Origin: Sumerlaeia bacterium
Lineage (GTDB): Bacteria > Sumerlaeota > Sumerlaeia > SLMS01 > JAHLLQ01
Length of the DNA stretch: 43,441 bases
Reading direction: 5' to 3'
Assembly (NCBI GenBank): GCA_040219255.1
Contig: JAVJSW010000053.1
Location: 1 to 43,441 of the forward strand
Within the stretch, counting starts at the first letter, position 1, and every line of letters begins with the position of its first letter. Positions 9,127 through 17,653 of this stretch are shown piece after piece. The position numbers were made by a program, and so were the translations under genes. Below the pieces are notes generated by a model that was not told the origin of the DNA, made no database searches, and saw nothing but the letters and a program-made list of their open reading frames with translations.

Positions 9127-11073
9127 ATGAAAACTCAATCTTCGATGACCCTCACTTTTGGTGCCGACATGAAGACATCGATCCTTCTCACCACCCTCAT
9201 CTCCGCCGTCCTGCTCTTCGCAGCGCCGGCAGCATCGCGAGCCGCCACGGGAGGCGCCCTCAGTGACGACGATTCGAGCCGCCTGTCCACCATTCCCCAC
9301 TCGCCCGAATTCGAAGAAGCCCTGCGCGAAGCCGGAGCCCATCGCCTCGCCGTGCGCCACGAAGGATGGAACGAAACCTTGCCATCCTGGGCCCGCCTCA
9401 AAATCTACGAACTGACCGGCCGGACCGAAATCAAAGGCCAGGACCCGATTTTCACCGTCCTGTCCATCATCTACGAACCCTCGCGATGGTCGCGGGCAAA
9501 ATTCCTCCCCATCGAGCATCCCCGAATCGCCGAAATCATGGGCCTGGAAGGCAAATGGGTCAGTCCCCTGGACATCGTCGAAAACCCCAAGTTCATGGAC
9601 CTGCAGGCCGAATATGACGCGGCCAAACTCGACGCGGAAGAATACGCCGACCTCATCGATCTGCTCCGCGCCGTCATGCAGGCCAAGAAACTCGGCGTGG
9701 AGCGCGATGGCGTCTTCGAATCCGTCTCCACCCGCCAAGGCAAACCGGCCCTCGACCCCTCCACGATCAGTCGCGCCGCCCGCTACGACAACGACCTGGC
9801 CGGCCTACAGGCACGAGAGAAACTCCTCGGCGCCAAGGTCAAGGAATCGAAGCCGTTCCGCAAAGCCACCGAAATGCTCTTTCACCGGGTCGGGCTGATC
9901 CTCGACCTCCCCGAGCAATTCACCATCATTCCCGATCCCGGCGCCACCGATGGCTCCTGGATCGCCGCCCCCCGAGAGCTGGGGTCTCGCTTCCGCGACC
10001 AGGCCAGCGCCAGCCCCGCCGCGGCCACGATCGAGAACGTCGCCCTCAAGAGCGGATTCGCCGGCCCCACACCCCTCGAACTCGCCGCCGCCGACCTCGA
10101 CGAAGCCTTCGCCCTCGCTTTCCTCGACGACGATCCCTCCGGCCTCGACAACGCCATCGACGAGTTCCTCACTTTCGCCGCGAAATCCCGCGCCTACCCT
10201 TCCGATACCTATCGCAATCTCCTGAACTTCTACGTTTTCAGCCATCCCTACAAGATCGCGGCCCTGCTCTACGGCATCGCGGCCGCCCTCTTCGGCCTCT
10301 TCGCTTTCTTCAAAGCCGCCCCCTGGCGCATCGCCGGCACCACGGTGCTCATCGTCGGCTTCCTCGTCCAGACCGCCGCCATGGGCCTACGCTTCTACCT
10401 GAGCGGCCACGTCCCCGTTTCTAACATGTTCGAGTCCATCACCTTCACCGCCTGGGCCGCCCTCGGCGTCGGACTCGTCATCGAACTCGTCAAGCGCCAA
10501 GGCATTTTCGGCCTCGCCACCGCTTGCGCGGGCATGCTGGCGCTCATCGGCGCCAACATGATGCCGCTCCACGACACCCGGCTCCATCCCCTGCGCGCCG
10601 TGCTCAACAGCATCTGGCTGAACATCCACGTCACCATGATGCTGATCAGCTACGGCGTCTTCATGATCTCGGCCGTCTTCGCGGCGATCTACCTCATCAA
10701 GAAACTCGCCGGGCGCGAAGCCCTCTTCGGCGGCAAACCGCTCATGACGCTCGACCAGACCGAGGAATTCGCCTACCGGCTGGTCCAACTCGGCTGGCCG
10801 CTGCTGACCGTCGGCATCATGCTCGGAGCCGTCTGGGCCGACACCGCCTGGGGCCGCTACTGGGGCTGGGACCCAAAGGAAACCTGGGCGCTCATCACCT
10901 GGATCGTGTACACCATCTACCTGCACAGCCGCATGGTCATGGGCTGGAAGGGCTGGGTCAGCGCCCTGGCCTGCCTGATCGGGTTCCTGATGGTGATGGT
11001 CACGTGGCTCGGGGTCAGCTACCTGCCCTGGTTCGCCGGGGGTTTGCACACCTACGCTTCGCCGACGGTGTAG
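9127..11073 (+). CDS. ccsA: Cytochrome c biogenesis protein CcsA/ResC with a large N-terminal periplasmic domain
   Basis: GHVPVSNMFES, WLNIHV, WWD motif WADTAWGRYWGWDPKETW, YLH, GLHTYA. Alternative start at 9169. Confidence 0.93.
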   Translation: MKTQSSMTLTFGADMKTSILLTTLISAVLLFAAPAASRAATGGALSDDDSSRLSTIPHSPEFEEALREAGAHRLAVRHEGWNETLPSWARLKIYELTGRTEIKGQDPIFTVLSIIYEPSRWSRAKFLPIEHPRIAEIMGLEGKWVSPLDIVENPKFMDLQAEYDAAKLDAEEYADLIDLLRAVMQAKKLGVERDGVFESVSTRQGKPALDPSTISRAARYDNDLAGLQAREKLLGAKVKESKPFRKATEMLFHRVGLILDLPEQFTIIPDPGATDGSWIAAPRELGSRFRDQASASPAAATIENVALKSGFAGPTPLELAAADLDEAFALAFLDDDPSGLDNAIDEFLTFAAKSRAYPSDTYRNLLNFYVFSHPYKIAALLYGIAAALFGLFAFFKAAPWRIAGTTVLIVGFLVQTAAMGLRFYLSGHVPVSNMFESITFTAWAALGVGLVIELVKRQGIFGLATACAGMLALIGANMMPLHDTRLHPLRAVLNSIWLNIHVTMMLISYGVFMISAVFAAIYLIKKLAGREALFGGKPLMTLDQTEEFAYRLVQLGWPLLTVGIMLGAVWADTAWGRYWGWDPKETWALITWIVYTIYLHSRMVMGWKGWVSALACLIGFLMVMVTWLGVSYLPWFAGGLHTYASPTV

Positions 11074-11078
11074 GCGCC

Positions 11079-11107
11079 GTTCGTAGTCCCGCCTTCAGGC
11101 GGAAGAG
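11079..11107 (+). repeat. GTAG-type REP-like palindrome (left copy)
   Basis: gttcGTAGtcccgccttcaggcggaagag: a GTAG tetranucleotide followed by a CCGCC/GGCGG hairpin. 28/29 identical to the reverse complement of 11978-12006. Confidence 0.8.
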
Positions 11108-11192
11108 TTTGATGCAAGACCTGTCTTCCCAGGCCTACAACCGAACAAATCCGCCTCGCCACTCAAAGTACCGATGGTATCCTCAAACGAAC

Positions 11193-11567
11193 CTACACAT
11201 GGTCCGTCGATGACCGCCTTCTGGGCGTACACTTATCGTCCAGCGGACCGAAAATGTCTGCGGTCAGGAAAAGAAAGGCGGACGAAACGGCGTTTCCGGG
11301 CAACGCAGCGAAAGTCATCAAGAGCGGGAAAAGCGCAATAGCTGCCCCGAATAGCCAGCCGATGAAGAAGGCTACGCCGGGGGATGAGAGAGGTTTGCGG
11401 GATGGCAGAATTGAAGCGCGGTGGGCTCCAGCATTTGGACAAGGACTCCTGTTGGCAAGTGGTACAGCAAAGCCGTAGACTGCTTTAATGGCACAGCTTA
11501 TGAGGGTACCTACGAGGGATAGAACCTCCAGACGGAAGTCGCTATTTGCTGGTGGCAATAGCAACAA
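11193..11567 (-). pseudogene. Possible degenerate paralog of the adjacent small membrane protein
   Basis: PGVAFFIGWLFG resembles PWKAFGYGWLAG of 11542-11949. The ORF start is uncertain and the region has lower GC. Confidence 0.3.
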
Positions 11568-11949
11568 TCGTCAATAACGCAATCCAAGCAGCGATCCCAT
11601 GCCAAAAACTGGCACACGCAAATCCACACCAGAATAGGGATCGTTTGTCTCTTCTCTTGTCGACAAAGATCGCAATTCCAACAAGCCCGAGACACAAAGC
11701 CAAGAATATCATCGGCCACAAATAGGAGGAGGCATCTACCATTGTTTCCTCCCGGAGAAGCTCAATGAGGCCTGCCGTCAAGAAAACGGTGATATTGTAT
11801 ACGAATTGGAGTGCACTTGAGTCAGAAATACGAAAAGAGGCACTCGGTTTGCAAAACAAAAAGAGTAGTGACGGAAGCACTGATCCCGCCAACCAACCGT
11901 ACCCAAAGGCTTTCCAAGGATAGGTGGAGGGTTCGGTAGCTTCAGGCAT
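11542..11949 (-). CDS. Small four-TM membrane protein, low GC (likely acquired)
   Basis: 135-aa ORF with ~4 hydrophobic segments, a GAGG upstream and visibly AT-richer codons than the flanks. Confidence 0.65.
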   Translation of the reverse strand: MPEATEPSTYPWKAFGYGWLAGSVLPSLLFLFCKPSASFRISDSSALQFVYNITVFLTAGLIELLREETMVDASSYLWPMIFLALCLGLVGIAIFVDKRRDKRSLFWCGFACASFWHGIAAWIALLTIVAIATSK

Positions 11950-11977
11950 GCAGACGAACCCTCAGACAGTTGAGTCG

Positions 11978-12006
11978 CTCTTCCGCCTAAAGGCGGGACT
12001 ACGAAC
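11978..12006 (-). repeat. GTAG-type REP-like palindrome (right copy, inverted)
   Basis: ctcttccgcctaaaggcgggactacgaac. Confidence 0.8.
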
Positions 12007-12009
12007 AGA

Positions 12010-13026
12010 TTAAATCGTCCGCCCCACCGCCTCCGCGATAGGACGCAGAATCTTCAGCAGTCCCGGCACCTGATCGAGCGCGATCGTCTGGGCGCCGTCG
12101 GAGAGGGCTTTCGCCGGTTCCGGGTGGCTTTCGATGATGAGGCCGTCGCAGCCGATGGCGACCGCCGCTTTGCTGATCGGTTCGACCCATTTGCGGGCGC
12201 CGCCGGCGTGGCTCGGGTCCACGACGACCGGCAGGTGCGTCTGATCTTTGGCGACGGATACCGCCACGGCGTCGAACAGGTTGCGCGTCGTCTGATCGTA
12301 GGAGCGGATGCCGCGCTCGCACAGCATGACGCGGCGGTTGCCCTGGCTCATGACGTACTCGGCGGCCATGAACCACTCTTTGTAGGTCGAGGAGAGGCCG
12401 CGCTTGAGCAACACCGGCTTGTCCGCCAGACCCACTTCTTTCAGCAGCGTGAAGTTCTGCATATTGCGGGCGCCGATCTGCATAATGTCCACGTAGCGGC
12501 AGACGAGTTCGACGTCGCGCGGGTCCATGACTTCGGTCACGAGCGCCAAACCGGTTTCGTCGCGCGCTTCCGCCATCAGCTTCAGGCCGTCCTCGCCCAT
12601 GCCCTGGAAATCGTAGGGCGACGTGCGGGGTTTGAAGGCGCCGCCGCGCAGCACCTGCACGCCGCATTGCTTCAGCGCCTTGGCGACTTCCATCATGATG
12701 CCGCCGGGCTCGACGCTGCACGGGCCGCTCATGGTGACGATGTGTTTGCCGCCGATGGGGATGCCCGGCGCCAGGTCAAACACGCTCGGCTCCGGATGCA
12801 GTTCCTTGCCCGCCAACTGATAAGGCTTCTGAATCGGCGTCACGGTCTCGACGCCGTTCATCGCTTCAAAGGGGATGCTGCGCACGGCGGCTTCATTGCC
12901 CACCGCGCCGATGACGGTCTGGGTTTCACCCTTGGACAGGTGAACCTTCAGGCCGGCGTCTTCGATGGCTTTGGTCACGGTGCCGATCTGCGCGTCGTCG
13001 GCGCCGCGTTTCATCACAATAATCAT
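12010..13026 (-). CDS. aroF: DAHP synthase type I-beta with N-terminal regulatory (ACT-like) domain
   Basis: MIIVMK N-terminal domain, GPCSVE, RGGAFKPRTSPYDFQG, QIGARNMQNF, LKRG, CERGIR, DPSH, IESHP, SDG.Q. Confidence 0.95.
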   Translation of the reverse strand: MIIVMKRGADDAQIGTVTKAIEDAGLKVHLSKGETQTVIGAVGNEAAVRSIPFEAMNGVETVTPIQKPYQLAGKELHPEPSVFDLAPGIPIGGKHIVTMSGPCSVEPGGIMMEVAKALKQCGVQVLRGGAFKPRTSPYDFQGMGEDGLKLMAEARDETGLALVTEVMDPRDVELVCRYVDIMQIGARNMQNFTLLKEVGLADKPVLLKRGLSSTYKEWFMAAEYVMSQGNRRVMLCERGIRSYDQTTRNLFDAVAVSVAKDQTHLPVVVDPSHAGGARKWVEPISKAAVAIGCDGLIIESHPEPAKALSDGAQTIALDQVPGLLKILRPIAEAVGRTI

Positions 13027-13098
13027 GGTTCGTCGTTCGTCCTCGTCCGGATCCGGGAGATTGGGTGGCGGGATCGTGGCGAGGTCGAACCGGCGGGA

Positions 13099-14508
13099 TC
13101 AAGGGGAGAGGGGCTCTGTCGCGGTGGTTTTGTCGTCTTCGCCCGTCAGCAGGTCTTCCACGATTTCCTCCGCCGCGTCCGGTTCGGCCAAGGTTTGCAC
13201 CACGGCCGAGGGCCGTTCCGTGTTCATCGGCGTCAAAATCGCCGCCACGCACCCGGTGCTGTTACAGGCCAGGGTCCCGGCGATCATGGCCAGAAAACCC
13301 AGCCGTGCGAGGTCGGCCCGGCGTTCGGGGGCCATGATCATCAGCCCGCCGATCTGAATTCCGATGGAACCGATGTTGGCAAAGCCCGCGAGGGCGTAGG
13401 TGAGGATGATGGCGGTACGGGACGAAACGGCTTCACCGGGTACCTTCTGCGCGTCGGCGAATTGAGCAAAGGCCACGAACTCGTTCGTGATCGTCTTCAG
13501 GCCCATGTACTGCCCCGCGGTGGGCGCTTCGTCCCACGGAATCCCCATCAGCCAAGCCAGTGGCGCCAGAATATCCCCCAGGATCCCCTGGATCGTCACC
13601 GATTTGTCGAGTTCGAAGCCTCCCTCCGTGAAGACGGAGGGCACGCCCACAATGGCCTGCAGGATCAGATTCACCAAAGCCAGCAGCGCCAGGAACGCGA
13701 TAATCATCCCGCCAACGTTCAGCGCCAGTTTCACGCCCTCCGCCGCGCCGCCCGCCGCCGCGTCCATCGTGTTCTCGTAGGCCTTGGGCATCTCCACGTT
13801 CAGATTGCCGTAGGTCTCGGGCGTACCGGTTTCAGGCACGATCAGCTTGCCGAAGAGCAGCGCCGCCGGGGCGGACATGACGCTCGCCGCCAGCAGGTGC
13901 CCCGCGATGTTTGGCACTGAGTCCTGCAGAAAGAAGATGTAAGCCGCCATCACACTGCCGGCCACCGTGGCGAACCCGCCGGTCATCACCGTCATCAACT
14001 CGCTGTCGGTCATCTTGCCGATGAACGGCCGCACCATCAGGGGCGCCTCGGTCTGGCCAACGAAAATATTGGCCGAAGCCGACAGCGTCTCCGCTCCGCT
14101 GGTCTTCATCGTGCGCGCCATAACCCAGGCGATCCCCTTCACCACGCGCTGCAGAATGCCCACCTGATAGAGGATGGCTGTGAGAGCGCTGAAGAAAATA
14201 ATCGTCGGCAGCACAAAAAACGCGAAGTACCCCAGACCCGTCATCGGGTTGGTCAACTGATCGCCGAACACGAAGGCGGCGCCATCCTTCGTACAGTTCG
14301 CGACGGCGACGAAGACGTCGTTGAAGACCTGGAAAACCCACCTTCCCGGTTCGTTCGTCAGAATCAGGAGCGCGAAGCCGAATTGCAGCCCAAGGCCCCA
14401 CGCGATCAGGGGCCAGCGCTTCAGCGCCGCCCGCCGGTCTTTGCTGATCGCCAGACAAAGCGCGACCATCACAAGGATGCCCACGAAGGGAATTAATCGA
14501 TGAAACAC
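13099..14508 (-). CDS. nupC: Concentrative nucleoside transporter (CNT/NupC family)
   Basis: FFVLPTIIFFSAL, ANIFVGQTEAPL, GGFATVAGSV, NEFVAF, GFANIGSIGIQIGG. Confidence 0.95.
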   Translation of the reverse strand: MFHRLIPFVGILVMVALCLAISKDRRAALKRWPLIAWGLGLQFGFALLILTNEPGRWVFQVFNDVFVAVANCTKDGAAFVFGDQLTNPMTGLGYFAFFVLPTIIFFSALTAILYQVGILQRVVKGIAWVMARTMKTSGAETLSASANIFVGQTEAPLMVRPFIGKMTDSELMTVMTGGFATVAGSVMAAYIFFLQDSVPNIAGHLLAASVMSAPAALLFGKLIVPETGTPETYGNLNVEMPKAYENTMDAAAGGAAEGVKLALNVGGMIIAFLALLALVNLILQAIVGVPSVFTEGGFELDKSVTIQGILGDILAPLAWLMGIPWDEAPTAGQYMGLKTITNEFVAFAQFADAQKVPGEAVSSRTAIILTYALAGFANIGSIGIQIGGLMIMAPERRADLARLGFLAMIAGTLACNSTGCVAAILTPMNTERPSAVVQTLAEPDAAEEIVEDLLTGEDDKTTATEPLSP

Positions 14509-14768
14509 AGGCGGGACGAGCCTCCGGGCGGGTTGAATTCTTGAGGATCAACCCCCGAGCCTTTCGCGCCAAGCCGCCTAGGGCAAGGAAGAAATTCTAT
14601 GGAGCGCTTCGCCACCAAACCCACTGGAATTCGTTCCCCACGCGATCGACGCATAGGTCTCCGCCTGCCGTACGGCTCGATGGCCGCCCCGGGCTTTCCC
14701 ATTGCCCGCCGCGAGCCAATCCCTACCTTGGGCTTCCCATTCACTCCGCGGGAGGTTTCCTCGCAATT

Positions 14769-15419
14769 TTGGCTCGTACCATCCTAGAAAACCGCATCGC
14801 CCTCATCCTGGGCATCGACAGCGCCCCCGGGCGAGCGTGCGCCCAACAATTGTCGCGGCTCGGCTGCCGCGTCCTCCTCGCCAGCCGCGCCAGCGAAAAA
14901 GTCCAAACGCTCACCGATCAGCTCCAGCGCAAGGGAGGCAACCCCAGCGAAGTCCACCTGTCGCGTGACACCGCACAATGGCAGCCCCTTTTCAGAAGCG
15001 CCCGCGACAACCAGGGCCACATCCATGTCGTCGTCAACGCGCTGGCTCTCTGTTATGACGAAGACGGCCTCGGCGAAACCGCCGCGCGCGCCCTGGAGGA
15101 AGCGAAAGCCGCCGACATCATGGCGGCCGAACTTCTCGACGGTCACGGCCCTCTCAAGATGATCTCCCTTTGCCCGGAGGGCGCCATCGAAAGCTATCCG
15201 ACCATTGAAGGGGTCTGGCACGGCATCGTGGAACTGGGCCCCTATCAACGCCTCGACTCCCAAAGCGCCAAGGACCTCGACGCCACCGGAATCGAGCACC
15301 TCAAAGCCGGCGGGATCGGCGACGCCGTAACCATGCTGCTCCACCTGCCCCCGACCACTTGCCCGGCGCGCCTCCGCCTCGAGGCCGTCGCTTCGAGCGA
15401 GAAGAAGGGCAAGGGATGA
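14769..15419 (+). CDS. Degenerate short-chain dehydrogenase/reductase-like Rossmann protein
   Basis: GGAGG SD with a TTG start. RIALILGIDSAPGRA..LSRLG..V.LASR and HIHVVVNA resemble an SDR N-terminus; no YxxxK motif. Confidence 0.65.
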   Translation: MARTILENRIALILGIDSAPGRACAQQLSRLGCRVLLASRASEKVQTLTDQLQRKGGNPSEVHLSRDTAQWQPLFRSARDNQGHIHVVVNALALCYDEDGLGETAARALEEAKAADIMAAELLDGHGPLKMISLCPEGAIESYPTIEGVWHGIVELGPYQRLDSQSAKDLDATGIEHLKAGGIGDAVTMLLHLPPTTCPARLRLEAVASSEKKGKG

Positions 15420-15519
15420 GACCCTGGACGCGGAGCCCATGGAGGATGAATACCCACCCGGAAATTCGGACATGCCCCCTCCATCGCTCCACAATCAGGT
15501 CCGTCAGTAGCCCCAACGC

Positions 15520-17610
15520 GTGAAGTCCTTTCGCCCCGATCCACGAGAATCGCTCGTCACCCCTCCCTCCCAGAAGGGTGAGCGGCGCTTCGTCCGCCTC
15601 GACGACTTTCGCGGACTGCTCCGCTCCGAAGCCGTCATCATGGTCGTCCTCGCCGCCGTCGTGGGCATCGCTTCCGCATACGCGGCGGTCGGTTTCAAGT
15701 ACCTCATCGAAATCGTCAACCGGGTCTTCTTTCAGTCGGCCCACCCCGACGCCGAGTACCTCGCCACCTTCCCCTGGTGGTGGCTGGTGCTGGCGCCCGC
15801 CATCGGCGGCTTGATCTGCGCCCAGATCACCAGGCGCTTCTCGCGCGAGACTGCCGGTTCCGGCGTCACGGAAATCATCGAAGCCGTCGCCCTCAAAGGC
15901 GGCCGCATTCCCAGAGCCGTCGCCCCGGTCAAGGCCCTCGCCTCCGCCGTCACCCTCGGCAGCGGCGGCTCGGCCGGTCGCGAAGGTCCCATCGTCCAGA
16001 TCAGCGGCGCCATAGGCTCCTACCTCGGCGATGTCTTCCGCCTGTCCGCCCGCCAGCGGAAAACCCTGATCGGCTGCGGCGTGGCGGGTGGCATTTCCGC
16101 CACCTTCAACACACCTTTCGCGGGAGCCTTCGTCGCCGTCGAAGTCATCCTCGGCGACTTCGGCACCGTCCGCATGAGCCCCATCGTCATCGCCTCGGTC
16201 CTGGCGGCAGTTGTGGGGCATCATTACGTCGGCGATTTCCCCCACATCATGGTGCCGGCTTTCGAGGTGAACTCGAACCTCTATACCATCTGGCCGTACA
16301 TCTTCATCGGCATCGCCTGCGGCCTCGCCTCCCTGCTCTTCATCCACTGCATGCGGGGCGGTTGGTGGCTGTCTAACAAGGTGGCCACCCACATCCCCCA
16401 CGCCCCCTACATCATGCCGGGCATCGGCGGCCTGATCACGGGACTCATCGCCCTGGCCTTCCCCCAGGTCCTCGGCGTCGGTTACGAGGTCGTGAACCTG
16501 ATCCTCGACCGCGACATGAGCGACTGGCTCCTGCTCGGGATTTTCTTCGCCAAAATCCTCGCCACTTCCGCCACCGTCAGCACCGGGGGCTCCGGCGGCA
16601 CATTCACTCCATCACTATTTCTAGGCGCGGTCCTTGGCAAACTCCTCGGCGACATCGCCCACCATCTCTATCCGGGCATGTTCAGCCAACCCTACGGCTA
16701 CGCCCTCGTCGGCATGGGAGCCATGCTGGCGGCCACCTATCGCGCGCCCATCACCGCCATCCTCATCGTCTTCGAACTCACCCGCGTCGACTCCATCATC
16801 CTGCCCATCATGGCAGCCGTCATCCCCAGCGCCCTCATCAGCCAGATGCTCCACCCCGACTCGATTTACAGCGCCAAGCTGACCATGAAGGGCCTGAGCA
16901 TCAAACCGAAGAGCGTCAATCTTCTCAAGGGCATCCAAGTCGAAGAAGTGATGCGCAAGCGGGTCGATGTGGTCGATCCCGGCATGTCGCTCATCGACCT
17001 GATTCAGCGCTTCGTCGCCTCGCCCTTCACGACCCTCATGGTGGCCGACCGCCATGGCAAATTCCTCGGCATGGTGCACGCCAACCACCTCGAATCGGCC
17101 ACCATGGAGAAAGAATCGCTGATGAATCTGATCGCCGCCATCGACATCACCGAAACGGCCAAGCAGGTCATCCATCCGCACGACGAACTGACCGTCGCCA
17201 TGAAGCTCTTCAGCGACCCCTCGCTCGACATTCTGCCAGTTCTCGACAAGGAAGGCAAACTGGTTGGCGATCTGCTCCGATCCGATGTCCTCGACGCCTA
17301 CGAACGCGAACTCGCCCAGCGCGACGCCCTCGCCACCACCGTCGACGCCATCAGTGTCGCCGAACGCCGCGGCCGCGTCCAACTCAGCGAAGGCTATGTC
17401 CTCGTCGAGTACGAGGTTCCCCCAGCCCTCGACGGAAAAACCCTCGTCGAACTCCAAATGGGCCGGCGCTTTCAACTCCATGTCGTCCTTCTCAAACGCG
17501 GCAACCGCTCCTTCGTCCCCCACGGCGACACCGTCGTGCAAACCGACGACGTCATGGTCCTCTCCGGCCGCGAAGAGGGGTTGGAAGAAAAATTGCGCCA
17601 GATTGTCTGA
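15520..17610 (+). CDS. ClC chloride channel/antiporter with a CBS pair and C-terminal TrkA-C (RCK_C) domain
   Basis: GSGVTE, GGSAGREGP, GGTFTPSLFLG, APITA; CBS repeats; GKTL.EL.......VVLLKRG....P.GD......D. Confidence 0.92.
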   Translation: MKSFRPDPRESLVTPPSQKGERRFVRLDDFRGLLRSEAVIMVVLAAVVGIASAYAAVGFKYLIEIVNRVFFQSAHPDAEYLATFPWWWLVLAPAIGGLICAQITRRFSRETAGSGVTEIIEAVALKGGRIPRAVAPVKALASAVTLGSGGSAGREGPIVQISGAIGSYLGDVFRLSARQRKTLIGCGVAGGISATFNTPFAGAFVAVEVILGDFGTVRMSPIVIASVLAAVVGHHYVGDFPHIMVPAFEVNSNLYTIWPYIFIGIACGLASLLFIHCMRGGWWLSNKVATHIPHAPYIMPGIGGLITGLIALAFPQVLGVGYEVVNLILDRDMSDWLLLGIFFAKILATSATVSTGGSGGTFTPSLFLGAVLGKLLGDIAHHLYPGMFSQPYGYALVGMGAMLAATYRAPITAILIVFELTRVDSIILPIMAAVIPSALISQMLHPDSIYSAKLTMKGLSIKPKSVNLLKGIQVEEVMRKRVDVVDPGMSLIDLIQRFVASPFTTLMVADRHGKFLGMVHANHLESATMEKESLMNLIAAIDITETAKQVIHPHDELTVAMKLFSDPSLDILPVLDKEGKLVGDLLRSDVLDAYERELAQRDALATTVDAISVAERRGRVQLSEGYVLVEYEVPPALDGKTLVELQMGRRFQLHVVLLKRGNRSFVPHGDTVVQTDDVMVLSGREEGLEEKLRQIV

Positions 17611-17653
17611 CCCGCCCAAACCCCTTCCCGCCGACGCGACAAAGGACTCTTCC

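Noticed and set aside
15508-15510. Genome-wide TAG recoding
   Set aside because: TAG ends several conserved genes at their expected C-termini (ccsA, pepF, TRIC protein).
15520-17610. Fluoride-specific CLC-F exporter
   Set aside because: The motifs are GSGVT/GREGP/GGTFTP, not the CLC-F GNNLI/GREGT/GEVTP signatures.
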